Source: Octopus bimaculoides (Eukaryota). Taken from it: a stretch of DNA of 37,183 nt. Below are positions 1-13,272 of this stretch, in pieces (position 1 is the stretch's first letter; each line of letters starts with the position of its first letter). The stretch is from assembly GCF_001194135.2 (NCBI RefSeq), contig NC_068986.1, positions 80,218,398 to 80,255,580 on the forward strand. Reading direction: 5' to 3'. Made by a program: the position numbers and the translations under genes. Below the pieces are notes generated by a model. It was not told the DNA's origin. It ran no database searches and saw only the letters and a list, made by a program, of their open reading frames with translations.

Positions 1-1396
1 ACTTTGCTGAAGCTTTGAAGCAAAGTGAAACTGTTGTGTCCTACACAACAAAAGAAATAATAGAAATGAGAAAATTAATCACCAAAGAAAGCGGTGAAAT
101 ACACTTAAACATACCACAACACATAGAGGAAACAAGTAGAAAAACAATAATATATAAAATAATAAACACTAAAAATAGAAAGCCGGAACAGGCCAGTATA
201 GACAAGATTGAACGATGTTTGAAATCAATTTGGAATGAAAAATCATATATTACTTTTTACAAATTTGCACAGGTACAAGTGATTTTTCGAAATGAAGAGT
301 TAGCAAAGAAATATTCAACGCTAACTCTTCACACACCAGAAATAACGATGTTACCTTGGCCAAAAGGTAACAAAGGTAACAATAAAACACGCACCTCCAA
401 CAATAGACACACTATGGTTGACATCGGCCATATGTGTCGATATGGATAACATAAACATACTTAAAATAAACGTTGGAGAAAGCAACTGGACGGGAAAAAA
501 CATACAAATCCAGTTTCACACAAACGAAAAAGAAATCAAAAAAATCCCACCATACATCCGTTTGGCAGGAAACCAAAATTTACATATAGTGGTAGAGGGC
601 AGGTGGCCTCGCTGTTACTTATGTGACAGCGAGGCACACCTCAAAAAGGAGTGTCCGACTGCCCTAAAAACACAACAACAACAAAGACTAACTAAAGCCA
701 TAAAAAAAGCCTTGCTGCCCACACCGCCATCCACTCAAAAAACAACAAAAGCAACATCAACAACATCAACGAAAGGAAACACTACAAAAACTGCAAAATT
801 AACAGACAAAGAAGATGAAAAAAGAAAAGACAATACAAAAATTGATACCCCTTCCCCCATAACCAAAAATTCAACAACCAACAACAACACAACCACTTAC
901 ACAAGCAAACACAGATCCATACAACATGCCCCTACCCACTTCCGATTTCTCAGAGATTTCGTCTGAAGATGAGTTAAGTAATGAGGAATGGAAATTAGCC
1001 CAAAAAGGAAGGGGGAGAGGAGCAAAAAAAGAAGAACAAACAACAACAAAGCAGGGAGATTCACATCTCCCGAAAATACTCCTAACTCGTACACGATAGA
1101 CACCAATAATACCAAAAACAATGCTAACAGCAATAGACACTACAAACACAGAGTTGATGAAATACATCAACTCTAAAACAAACATCACAAATAACGATAT
1201 CAAAACAAACAATCACCCACACACAACACCGCCAAAACACATAAAAATATAACACGTAACACCAGCATTGCACCACAAAATAAAATCCCTCTACCCCAAT
1301 GCGGTAGGGGGATGTCAAAAATATTTATGCAAAAAATTGTATAATAGCCTCCTTGGTGAAAAATCCAAGGAGGAAACAAAACTTTCAAACAAGTAA
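1..1396 (+). pseudogene. Element A ORF1 (RNA-binding, CCHC zinc knuckle), frameshifted
   Basis: ORFs 15-449 and 418-966 contain VVEGRWPRCYLCDSEAHLKKECP; the terminal module ends at TAA 1394-1396. Confidence 0.9.
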
Positions 1397-1446
1397 CTCT
1401 CTGTTCCTTTCTTTTTGTGCTTTAAAGCACATATTTCAATAGAGTC

Positions 1447-4400
1447 ATGCTCAAAATTGGTTGTGTAANNNNNNNNNNNNNNNNNNNNNNNNNNNNNNNN
1501 NNNNNNNNNNNNNNNNNNNNNNNNNNNNNNNNNNNNNNNNNNNNNNNNNNNNNNNNNNNNNNNNNNNNNNNNNNNNNNNNNNNNNNNNNNNNNNNNNNNN
1601 NNNNNNNNNNNNNNNNNNNNNNNNNNNNNNNNNNNNNNNNNNNNNNNNNNNNNNNNNNNNNNNNNNNNNNNNNNNNNNNNNNNNNNNNNNNNNNNNNNNN
1701 NNNNNNNNNNNNNNNNNNNNNNNNNNNNNNNNNNNNNNNNNNNNNNNNNNNNNNNNNNNNNNNNNNNNNNNNNNNNNNNNNNNNNNNNNNNNNNNNNNNN
1801 NNNNNNNNNNNNNNNNNNNNNNNNNNNNNNNNNNNNNNNNNNNNNNNNNNNNNNNNNNNNNNNNNNNNNNNNNNNNNNNNNNNNNNNNNNNNNNNNNNNN
1901 NNNNGAACACCCAAATGTGCCAACGTGGACTTGGAGCAACCGCATTGGGTCGTCGAGATCGTATCTAGATAGGATAGTGTGTAGGACAATAGATAGAAAT
2001 AGCTTAGGATGTCCACAATTCCACACAGTCAGCTACACGGATCACAAACTTGTGACGTGTACGCTAGACTTAAGATAAGGCACATAGGCAGGGTCCCGGT
2101 TACTGGAAACTAAACGTGTCTTTCCCGTCAAGACAGGTTTTCAGAGACCGGATTAGCACGTTAGTAAAGAGGACTTTGACGGAAGCCATCATCAACAACA
2201 AAGGGTGGTTTGCCCTCAATAAAGCAGTAAAAGCAGAAGCAGTTAGATACAGCAAGGCACTAGCCGTAGATAGAAACAAAGTAGAGGGAGAGCTAGTGCA
2301 TAAATTAGAGGAGGCATTAAGAAGCGGCATCGCATCCGACGTTTTGGCGGTGAAATTGGCCCTCGACCAACATTTCAAAGGCCAAACACGAAGGATGTGC
2401 TGTCAGGGCAAGAATGCGTGCTCTAAGGAACGAAGGTGTTGGAGCCGCGCAAGAGGCCCGGGTGGCAGAGGCGCAGCGGGGCAACAGACCCACCATCCGG
2501 TCTCTGGTAGATGAACAGGGGCGCGAATTGCGAGCCGAGCAAGATGTGCAAGGTCTTTCAGCAGCATTTTGCCCGACTGTTCAGGACGAGTGGCGAGCGA
2601 GAACGCAGGGTGGACTTCAGTGCCTACCTGCACAGCCTGCCACGACTCTTGGCAAGAGAGGCGGAGTGCTGCGAAGGTACTGTCACGGCAGCGGAAGTGA
2701 GGGACGCGATGACNNNNNNNNNNNNNNNNNNNNNNNNNNNNNNNNNNNNNNNNNNNNNNNNNNNNNNNNNNNNNNNNNNNNNNNNNNNNNNNNNNNNNNN
2801 NNNNNNNNNNNNNNNNNNNNNNNNNNNNNNNNNNNNNNNNNNNNNNNNNNNNNNNNNNNNNNNNNNNNNNNNNNNNNNNNNNNNNNNNNNNNNNNNNNNN
2901 NNNNNNNNNNNNNNNNNNNNNNNNNNNNNNNNNNNNNNNNNNNNNNNNNNNNNNNNNNNNNNNNNNNNNNNNNNNNNNNNNNNNNNNNNNNNNNNNNNNN
3001 NNNNNNNNNNNNNNNNNNNNNNNNNNNNNNNNNNNNNNNNNNNNNNNNNNNNNNNNNNNNNNNNNNNNNNNNNNNNNNNNNNNNNNNNNNNNNNNNNNNN
3101 NNNNNNNNNNNNNNNNNNNNNNNNNNNNNNNNNNNNNNNNNNNNNNNNNNNNNNNNNNNNNNNNNNNNNNNNNNNNNNNNNNNNNNNNNNNNNNNNNNNN
3201 NNNNNNNNNNNNNNNNNNNNNNNNNNNNNNNNNNNNNNNNNNNNNNNNNNNNNNNNNNNNNNNNNNNNNNNNNNNNNNNNNNNNNNNNNNNNNNNNNNNN
3301 NNNNNNNNNNNNNNNNNNNNNNNNNNNNNNNNNNNNNNNNNNNNNNNNNNNNNNNNNNNNNNNNNNNNNNNNNNNNNNNNNNNNNNNNNNNNNNNNNNNN
3401 NNNNNNNNNNNNNNNNNNNNNNNNNNNNNNNNNNNNNNNNNNNNNNNNNNNNNNNNNNNNNNNNNNNNNNNNNNNNNNNNNNNNNNNNNNNNNNNNNNNN
3501 NNNNNNNNNNNNNNNNNNNNNNNNNNNNNNNNNNNNNNNNNNNNNNNNNNNNNNNNNNNNNNNNNNNNNNNNNNNNNNNNNNNNNNAGAACTGGGGCGAA
3601 ATAATGACTATGGTGGCCACTATCACCCAGTAATGGGCCAAGAGGAAGCTGTCCCTAACAGGTCGGGCGGAGGTGGCAAACATGTACATCACGTCCATCA
3701 TCAACTACCGCCTGACCGTCGTACCTTGTCCCAACCCTACCATCACCAAGCTGGAGTGCATCCTCTTCCACTTGTGGAAGTGAAGCGTTCCGATGGTTAG
3801 GCGATCCATTTGCTGTCAACAGCTGCTAAATGGAGGGCTAGGTATGCCGTAGTTGATGATGCACAGACATGCGCTGAGACTGCGATATCTCCGGCGCTTC
3901 ATCGACAACGGTGAACATATGTGGTCGCTGTTCGTGTGCCACACTTTCCCGCAGCTCGTCTCCTTAACCAAACTGCAGTCGTAGATTAAACAGAGACCTA
4001 GGCTAGGCGAATGGCACAGCGAGTGTCGTGTTGCTCTCAAGCAACTATGCCGTCCGGGACCAAAGTTGTGCAACTTTGATTCCACAAAAGCGTTCTATAG
4101 AGGATTAGTGGAGGGAAGGTGCGACGACGATCTTGGGCAGAATCTGGGCGTCGACAAGGAACACCTGACCTGCCTTTTCAGGACAACTTTCGGGCCGGGA
4201 CCTATGGACAACCACCAAAGAGCCCTGGCCTGGCAGTGCTATCGAGAAGCATTACCCATTTGGGATAAGNNNNNNNNNNNNNNNNNNNNNNNNNNNNNNN
4301 NNNNNNNNNNNNNNNNNNNNNNNNNNNNNNNNNNNNNNNNNNNNNNNNNNNNNNNNNNNNNNNNNNNNNNNNNNNNNNNNNNNNNNNNNNNNNNNNNNNN

Positions 4401-4900
4401 NNNNNNNNNNNNNNNNNNNNNNNNNNNNNNNNNNNNNNNNNNNNNNNNNNNNNNNNNNNNNNNNNNNNNNNNNNNNNNNNNNNNNNNNNNNNNNNNNNNN
4501 NNNNNNNNNNNNNNNNNNNNNNNNNNNNNNNNNNNNNNNNNNNNNNNNNNNNNNNNNNNNNNNNNNNNNNNNNNNNNNNNNNNNNNNNNNNNNNNNNNNN
4601 NNNNNNNNNNNNNNNNNNNNNNNNNNNNNNNNNNNNNNNNNNNNNNNNNNNNNNNNNNNNNNNNNNNNNNNNNNNNNNNNNNNNNNNNNNNNNNNNNNNN
4701 NNNNNNNNNNNNNNNNNNNNNNNNNNNNNNNNNNNNNNNNNNNNNNNNNNNNNNNNNNNNNNNNNNAAAGGAAGGTGAGAATAGAGAGGTAGGTTTTGTC
4801 TCGTGAAAGTTTCAATAAAAGGTGAGTGAATGTAGTAAAGATGGTGCGTGCGAGTGACGATATAGGATTTGAGCATGATCCTTTAAATCGAGAAAAATAA
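1447..4900 (+). pseudogene. Element A ORF2 (APE-RT), disrupted, largely in gaps
   Basis: Starts MLKIGCV; contains SYLDRI/SYTDHK and GPGYWKLN; post-RT LSLTGR-type motif near 3650; C-terminus RKVRIER*VLSRE matches the copy at 27730-27820. Confidence 0.9.
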
Positions 4901-5173
4901 AAAAAAAAGAGAGAGAGAGCACTTTGCACTCCTGTGTCTCTTCCCTACTGAGGTTACCGTGGTCTTTTCTCTCCATGGATAAACCTAATGTTACCCCATT
5001 TTATACTATTGACATTTTCTGTGATATATGATACTTTTTTTTTTTGCCCCTACCGATCCCTTCTGATCAGATTTTTTTATTTTATCTTTTTTATTTTTAA
5101 AGAAAAGCTCTACAGTTGTATTTGTCCCCTCTGTGTGCAGCCTTGTTTGGCTAATAAAAGAAAGAAAGAAAGA
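4901..5173 (+). terminator. Element A 3' UTR with AATAAA (5153-5158) and (GAAA)n tail
   Basis: Shares blocks with the 3' UTR at 27821-28216; AATAAA is followed by an A-rich tail. Confidence 0.8.
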
Positions 5174-8084
5174 TATCTATCTATCTTTATGGACGAATGA
5201 TAGACGTATCAGCTCCGTAAGTTTTGCCTTTTTTATGCTTTCAAAAGTTTGTATTTAAATTGAATTTTGTATAGAAGGTTGTACAACTTATAGACTCTGT
5301 GGTGCAAGTTCATTGCAACGGAGATCTGCCCTGTGTGGCATATTTCCAGATTTTGAAAATTGATTTAGGCTTTCTGGCCATTTTTTGTTTTGGACGATGG
5401 CGTCTTCAAGCCATGAAGATGTTTGTCAAACGAACACTGAATTTTGCAGTGTGTCATTTGACCTTGATTTCCCTACACTTCCTTCCCCACATTTAAACAA
5501 GGGAATGAAGAAAAAGGAAAAAGACATCACACACACAGATGCAGGTGTTGGCATGAAAGTTAACACCGCCACCACCACCACCAACAACAAAAACGAAAAT
5601 GTAACCAAGGTTACAAAAGCATGCCTGAACGACGTCACTAAGGTCTCTGACGTAAATACCATTTCTGCTGACGCCATCATCATCATCACCACTACCACCA
5701 CCAACAAAAACTTTGAGGACATGCCTAAACAAAAAAAAGAAATCCTACATTTTACAAACAAAGAACTCATAGAGACCAGGTCTCTTTTTTCTATGCCTGG
5801 ACAAAATTTAATATTGCATACACCAAAAGAAGTGAGAGAAGACGTAGAAAAAAGAACAATTAGTTATAAAATAATAAGAAAAAGCAATAAAGTTACAGAA
5901 CCAATTACAAAAACAGACACTGAGAAATGTGCAAAAAAAATTATGAAACTTAAACAGTATATAAACTGGGGTCTTCAATATAATACTGTGCAATTTCGGT
6001 TTAATAATGAAGAAGAGGCGAAAATACATAGTATGGAAGCCTTGCAAAATGATGAACTCATCATGGTCCCATACTACATGGGACAGAGAGTGAGTAAAAT
6101 TAAAATAAAAAATGTCCTTCCTGAAATTGAGTCGAAGTGGATTACTTCGGCGATATGTTTTCATTTGAAAACAATCAATGTTTTAGAAACCACTGTTGTC
6201 CATAATGACAATTGAACGGGAAAATCCATTGAAATCTTGATCCAGATGGATCAAGATTCACTGGAAAAATTGCCAAATGTAATTCACCTAGAAAATGGAC
6301 AAAGCTTCTATGTCGTGGCGGAGGGTAAAAAACCGTGTTGCTACCTCTGCGGCAGCCAAGAGCACCTAATATCAAAGTGCGTTTTGGCACAAAAAAAAAG
6401 AAAAAGCAAGAACAGTTACAACCAAAACAAAAAACAAATAAAAAACATTTGCTACCAACACCACCAAACCCACAAGTGATCCGAGAAGTGTATAAAAAAA
6501 TAGAATCCCATCAACAAAGTAAACCAAGAAAAGAAACAACACCACCACAATTAACTCCAACACCGAAACCAATTAGGGATACAACACTACCACCAACATC
6601 AAAAGATAGACCAACACCAATACCAAGAACAACAACGAAGAAAACAAACACCAACGAAGAAAAAACAAATGCTAAACCAAAATCCCCAACAACACACACA
6701 CCACACAACACAACAATGTCTAATAATACAGGCATAGAACCTGATACCTTGCCCTTACCCCCTTCTGATCTGTCGGACTTTTCGTCCAATGATGAAAGTC
6801 CAGTAGAATGGCAAATAGCCACAGAGGGTAAGAGAAAAAGATTAAAAAAGACAAAACCAAACACAAGCAAAGCACGGAGGTACACAACCCCTGAAAGCCC
6901 TTTACACAAACATATGTGAAGATGACTTGAAAACAAACAATCACCAAAGAACAACACCACCAGAACATATAAAAATAGTACATTTGACACCAACACAGCA
7001 CCACACACTCAAATCCCTCTATCCAAATGCAGTAGGGGGTTTCCAAAAATACCTTTCCAAAAAATTGTATAAAGACTTACTCCAAAACACTTCTAAGCAG
7101 GAACAGTGTAAAACTGTCGAAATGAATAAGTAACCTTCTATCTCGTCTCTTTACACTTTTCGACTAAATTATGCTTAAAATAGGTTTGTGTAAATGTACG
7201 TGGCTTGGCGTCAGCTTGGAAGCAAGAATATCTTCTAAATGACATCAGGTCACAGAACATAGAAATAATAGCTATCAGTGAAACCAGACTCAGTAACCCG
7301 CAGGCCCTCAAGTCCATGTTTGGCGGACAATTTGACATTCATTTTTCTCCCTGGAACGCTACCTTGGACACGCATCTAGACTATGTGGGAATGGATAGGA
7401 GTAGAAGGGGATGTAAGTGCCTTAAAGACCTGCTCAGACGTTTCCATTTGTCTGACAGGTTCCGACTCNNNNNNNNNNGGGATGTAAGTGCCTTAAAGAC
7501 CTGCTCAGACGTTTCCATTTGTCTGACAGGTTCCGACTCGACCATCCGAACGTGCCAACGTGGACTTGGACAAACCGCGTTGGATCGTCGAGATCATATC
7601 TAGATAGAATTCTATGTAGGACAGCGGATAGAGATAGTGTAGGATGCCCACAATTTAAAATAGTCAGCTACACGGATCACAAATCTGTGACGTGTACGCT
7701 CAACTTAGATAAGACATATAGGCAGGGTCCTGGTTACTGGAAACTGAATGCTTCGCTCTTAGCACGGCAGGTTTACAGGAACCGGATTAGCGAATTAATT
7801 AAGAGGGCATTAACTGATGGTGGTTTGCCCTGAAAATAGCATTTAAATCTGAATCTATTAGGTTTAGTAAAGAACTAGCGATAGATCGAAATAGAGTATG
7901 AGACTTAGTCAAGAAACTAGAAGAGGCACTTACAACTGGCAGCGCAACCAACGTTTTGGCTGCGAGGATGGCCCTTGACCAACACCTCAACGCCAAACAC
8001 GAAGGTTGCGTCGTCAGAGCTAAAATGCATGCCTTAAGGAACAAAGGGATCGAAACTACGTGAGNNNNNNNNNNNNNNNNNNNN
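5174..8084 (+). mobile_element. Element B: 5' UTR, ORF1 (5397-7133), ORF2 N-terminal part (7171-8084)
   Basis: Starts with (TATC)n and GGACG; ORF1 begins MASSSHED and has CYLCGSQEHLISKC; ORF2 begins MLKIGLCKC with SETR, SYLDR and GPGYWKLN. Confidence 0.9.
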
Positions 8085-8441
8085 NNNNNNNNNNNNNNNN
8101 NNNNNNNNNNNNNNNNNNNNNNNNNNNNNNNNNNNNNNNNNNNNNNNNNNNNNNNNNNNNNNNNNNNNNNNNNNNNNNNNNNNNNNNNNNNNNNNNNNNN
8201 NNNNNNNNNNNNNNNNNNNNNNNNNNNNNNNNNNNNNNNNNNNNNNNNNNNNNNNNNNNNNNNNNNNNNNNNNNNNNNNNNNNNNNNNNNNNNNNNNNNN
8301 NNNNNNNNNNNNNNNNNNNNNNNNNNNNNNNNNNNNNNNNNNNNNNNNNNNNNNNNNNNNNNNNNNNNNNNNNNNNNNNNNNNNNNNNNNNNNNNNNNNN
8401 NNNNNNNNNNNNNNNNNNNNNNNNNNNNNNNNNNNNNNNNN

Positions 8442-9898
8442 GAGGGATAAGTCGCCTGGATTGGATGGTCTACTCTACGAGCTGTATTGCTAAATGCCAG
8501 ACCTAATGAAATTCATTAGGTCAAACACTGACATAACAGAAAATGACACAAAAACAAGCAATCACCCACGTACAACACCACAACACATCAAAATCATACA
8601 CATAACACGTAACACATACAATACACTGAAATCTCTCTACCCGGATGCAGTAGGGAGATTCCAGAAATATTCCTCTAAAAAACTGTATAAAGACCTTCTG
8701 AGAGAAGACTGTGAGGCGAAGAACCAGGAACTTTCGGACAGTTAGTAACTCTCTCTCTCTCTCCTTTCGTGTGTAAAACACAAATTTTCATAGGATCATG
8801 CTCAAAATAGGCAGTATAAATGTAGGTCGCTTGGGGTTGCCTTGGAAACAAGGGTACCTGTTAAACGACATCAAGTTACAAAATCTGCATGTCATAGCCA
8901 TCAGCGAGACGACTCCACAGCCCGCGAGCCCTCCAGCACATGTTCGGCGGACATTTCGACATTTATTTTTCTCAGTGTCTGCCGAGAATGGGTGGAGGAG
9001 GCACCGCGGTGCTTCTTCGGAAGAGTTTGGATCTTAAAATAAAAGCAATTTTCCTAGACCCAGAGGGTAGACTGGTCGTCAAAACCATTCGACATCATGC
9101 GTTCCGTCCGTCAGGGATGTCCCCTGTCGGCACTTCTGTATGTATTGACGCTCAAACCACTACTGCGGAAGCTGGCGACACTGAGGGGTATCCCACAGGA
9201 GCTGGGTTGCGGGACGAGCGTGTCTGCATATGCGGACGATGTCACCGTCATAGTGTTGAGCGAAAAGCACATCGAGATGCTAAGCGAGACACTTAAAGAA
9301 TATGAAACGGTGACAGGAGCAGAAATTAACCCGGAAAAGTCAGTGGGCTTGCTACTCGGCACCTGCAGAAGCAAGCCCATACCGTCCAACAGTGACTCCG
9401 TAGTGGGACGCTGAACGGACGGACTGGTTAAACTGCTCGGGGTCTGGTTCAATCCGGACCTCCAGATGGATAAGAACTGGGACGAGATCACCAGTAGAGT
9501 AATCAAACTCAGCCAAACATGGGCCGAGAGAAAGTTATCTCTAAAAGGTTGGGCGGAGGTGGCTAATGCGTACATCGCATCAGTCATCAATTACCGCCTG
9601 ACCATCGTACCTTGTCCCGATGCCACCATCACGAAACTAGAACGGATGCTCTTCCGCTTTCTGTGGAAGGGTGACGTTCCGATGGTGAGGCGATCCATTT
9701 GCTGTCAACAACCGTTACATGGAGGACTGGGGATGCCGTGGTTAATGATGCACAGACATGCATCTCTGGAACTACATTGACGACGCTGAACAGGTGTAGG
9801 CGCCGTTTGTGAGGCTCGCCTTCCCACAGCTCGTCTCACTCACCGAACTGCAAGCGTGGATCAAAAACAGACCGAAACTGGGCAATTGGCACCGCGAG
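8442..9898 (+). mobile_element. Segment C: RT stub, ORF1 C-terminus (8497-8745), internally deleted ORF2 (8798-9898)
   Basis: RDKSPGLDG stub joined to ORF1 at CCAGAC; APE start MLKIGSINV jumps near 9080 to RT SVRQGCPLS and an intact YADDV. Confidence 0.88.
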
Positions 9899-12800
9899 GA
9901 ATTGGTCGCATGCAAAAGCATGCTAAGTAAAAAGGACATTACAGTCCATCTACAAACACCTGCAGACTTTAAAAAAAACATAGATAAAAAGACCATCATC
10001 TACAAAACCATAAATACAAAAACAAAGACTCCGGAAAAATTTACTCAGGAAGAAGTTGAGAAGTGTCTTATAAAAATTATCTTACGAGAGGAACCAAGTT
10101 CGCAACAATAGAGGTAAGATTCAACAGCGAGCAGCAAACCAAGGACCTCTCCACAAAGCCATTGCAACATGAGAACCTGCTCATGATCCCTACGTACTTT
10201 GGTGGTAGGGTTACAAAGATAAAGATATCAAATGTGCCTCCTGAAATTAAAGAATGGCTCGTATCTGCCATATGTCTCGGCATAGAGGAGGAAGTAAACA
10301 TATTAGAAGCTACTGCCGTGTACCATGAAAACTGGATTGGCCAGGAAATTCAACTCCTGGTACAAGTTGATCCAGCAAATTATAAGAACATTCCTCACAG
10401 AATCCAATTAACAGAGGATTCAAGTTTCCATATTGCCGTCGAAGGCAGAAGGCGAAGTTGCTACGTTTGTAGTAGCAAAACTCATCTTCGAAACACATGC
10501 CCAGTAGCCCAGGAGCAAAAGCAACAACAACGTCAACAAGACCAAGAAAGACAAAAACAACCACAAGGAAACCAGAAACACAAAAAAAAAAACAGCATTA
10601 CTGCCCACACCGCCATATGCACAACTGGTCAAGCAGCTGTACAAAGAAATGGAGAAACGCCAGCAACCAGCCGAACCANNNNNNNNNNNNNNNNNNNNNN
10701 NNNNNNNNNNNNNNNNNNNNNNNNNNNNNNNNNNNNNNNNNNNNNNNNNNNNNNNNNNNNNNNNNNNNNNNNNNNNNNNNNNNNNNNNNNNNNNNNNNNN
10801 NNNNNNNNNNNNNNNNNNNNNNNNNNNNNNNNNNNNNNNNNNNNNNNNNNNNNNNNNNNNNNNNNNNNNNNNNNNNNNNNNNNNNNNNNNNNNNNNNNNN
10901 NNNNNNNNNNNNNNNNNNNNNNNNNNNNNNNNNNNNNNNNNNNNNNNNNNNNNNNNNNNNNNNNNNNNNNNNNNNNNNNNNNNNNNNNNNNNNNNNNNNN
11001 NNNNNNNNNNNNNNNNNNNNNNNNNNNNNNNNNNNNNNNNNNNNNNNNNNNNNNNNNNNNNNNNNNNNNNNNNNNNNNNNNNNNNNNNNNNNNNNNNNNN
11101 NNNNNNNNNNNNNNNNNNNNNNNNNNNNNNNNNNNNNNNNNNNNNNNNNNNNNNNNNNNNNNNNNNNNNNNNNNNNNNNNNNNNNNNNNNNNNNNNNNNN
11201 NNNNNNNNNNNNNNNNNNNNNNNNNNNNNNNNNNNNNNNNNNNNNNNNNNNNNNNNNNNNNNNNNNNNNNNNNNNNNNNNNNNNNNNNNNNNNNNNNNNN
11301 NNNNNNNNNNNNNNNNNNNNNNNNNNNNNNNNNNNNNNCCCAACAATGTTGACAGCGATAAAAACAAACAATCCAGACTTAATGAAATTCATTAGGTCAA
11401 ACACTGACATAACAGAAAATGACACAAAAACAAGCAATCACCCACGTGCAACACCACCACAACACATCAAAATCATACACATAACACGTAACACATACTA
11501 TACACTGAAATCTCTCTACCCGGATGCAGTAGGGAGATTCCAGAAATATTCCTCTAAAAAACCTTCTGAGAGAAGACTGAGGCAAAGAACCAAGAACTTT
11601 CGGACAGTTAGTAACTCTCTCTCTCTCCTTTCGTGTGTAAAACACAAATTTTGATAGGATCATGCTCAAAATAGGCAGTATAAATGTAGGTGGCTTGGGG
11701 TTGCCTTGAAAACAAGGGTACCTGTTAAACGACATCAAGTTACAAAATCTGTATGTCATAGCCATCAGCGACACGACTCCACAGCCCGCGGGCCCTCCAG
11801 CACATGTTCGGCGGACATTTCGACATTTATTTTTCTCCGTGTCTACCGAGAATGGGTGGAGGAGGCACCGCGGTGCTTCTTCGGAAGAGTTTGGATCTTA
11901 AAATAAAAGCAATTTTCCTAGACCCAGAGGGTAGACTGGTCGTCTTGGATGTCGACGGCAGCAATGGGCGTGCTTTTCGACTGATAGCAGTTTNNNNNNN
12001 NNNNNNNNNNNNNNNNNNNNNNNNNNNNNNNNNNNNNNNNNNNNNNNNNNNNNNNNNNNNNNNNNNNNNNNNNNNNNNNNNNNNNNNNNNNNNNNNNNNN
12101 NNNNNNNNNNNNNNNNNNNNNNNNNNNNNNNNNNNNNNTAACAGGCTGGCCAGATTTCTTTAGACGTCTAGAGGTTTTCTTGGGAACGTCTCGACCTTTA
12201 CTTTTAGTGGGGGATTGGAACACTACCCTGGACACGCATCTAGATTACGCAGGCAGCGATAGCAATAGAAAGGGATGCAAATGCCTCGAAGACCTACTCA
12301 GACGTTTCCAACTGTCTGACAGGTACCGACTGGACCACCCGAATGTGCCAGCGTGGACAAGGAGAAGTGGCACTACTAAAGAAAGATCCAAACAAGAGGA
12401 ACGTCATAGATAATTTCCGGCCCATCACTCTGCTCAACGCAGATTTGAAAATTTTGGCCAAAAGGTTAGCCGAGAGGTTGGCGCTTGTCATCGAGAAACT
12501 AGTCGACAGGGCGCAAACGTGCGCCGTGCCAGGTAGGAGTATCCATGACAACCTCCACCTGATCCGCTACATCATGGACAGGGTAGTTAAGGAACCTGGC
12601 ATGGGTGGGGCGCTGATCAATTTGGATCAATCAAAAGCCTTCGATAGGGTAGACCATCACTACTTAGAGGCCGTCCTAGTAGCGGCTGGTTTCGATCCCG
12701 TCTTCCATGGTTGGATCGCTGCTTTATACAGCGGCATCCGCTCGGTAGTTCACGTAAACGGTCAACTATCCAGACCATTCATCATCATGCGTTCTGTTCG

Positions 12801-13272
12801 TCAAGGATGCCCCTCTCAGCCCTTCTGGATGTATTTTCTCTTGAGCCTCTACTGTGGAAGCTGGCAACGCTGAGGGGCATCCCACGAGAGCTGGGATGTG
12901 AGACGAGCGTGTCTGCATACGCGGACAACGTCACCGTCATAGTGTCGAGCGAAAAGCACATCGAGCTGGTCAGCGAGAGAGACTAAAAGAATACGAAACG
13001 GTAACGGGAGCAAAAATTAACCGGGTTAAGTTAGTGGGATTGCGGCTCAGCACCTGCCGTCTAACAGCCTCTCCACTGTGGGACACTGGACCGACGGGCC
13101 GGTTAAATTGCTCAAAGTCTGGTACGGTCCGGACCTCCAAATGGAGAAGAACTGGGGCGAAATAACGACTAGGGTGATCACTCTCACCCGGCAATGGGTT
13201 GAGAGGAAGCTGTCCCTAACAGGTCGGGCGGAGGTGGCGAACGCGTACATCGCATCTGTCATCGAATACCGC
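9899..13272 (+). mobile_element. Segment D: ORF1 (9899-11611), internally deleted ORF2 (11662-13272)
   Basis: CYVCSSKTHLRNTCP knuckle; GDWN; FRPITLLNADLKILAK, DQSKAFDRV and SVRQGCP; catalytic motif mutated to YADNV. Confidence 0.9.

Noticed and set aside
4924-4932. TTGCACTCC resembling the U1 snRNA loop II (possible snRNA target, as in Keno-type Tx1)
   Set aside because: Only 9 nt, with no other U1, U2, tRNA or 5S sequence at any junction.
5160-5187. Quasi-palindrome AAAGAAAGAAAGAT/ATCTATCTATCTTT at the A/B joint
   Set aside because: Explained by juxtaposition of two simple repeats and seen only once.
7408-7539. Exact tandem duplication across a 10-N gap (also 15610-15719 and 21429-21706 versus 21789-22066)
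   Set aside because: Identical sequence on both sides of placeholder gaps indicates unmerged contig overlaps, an assembly artefact.
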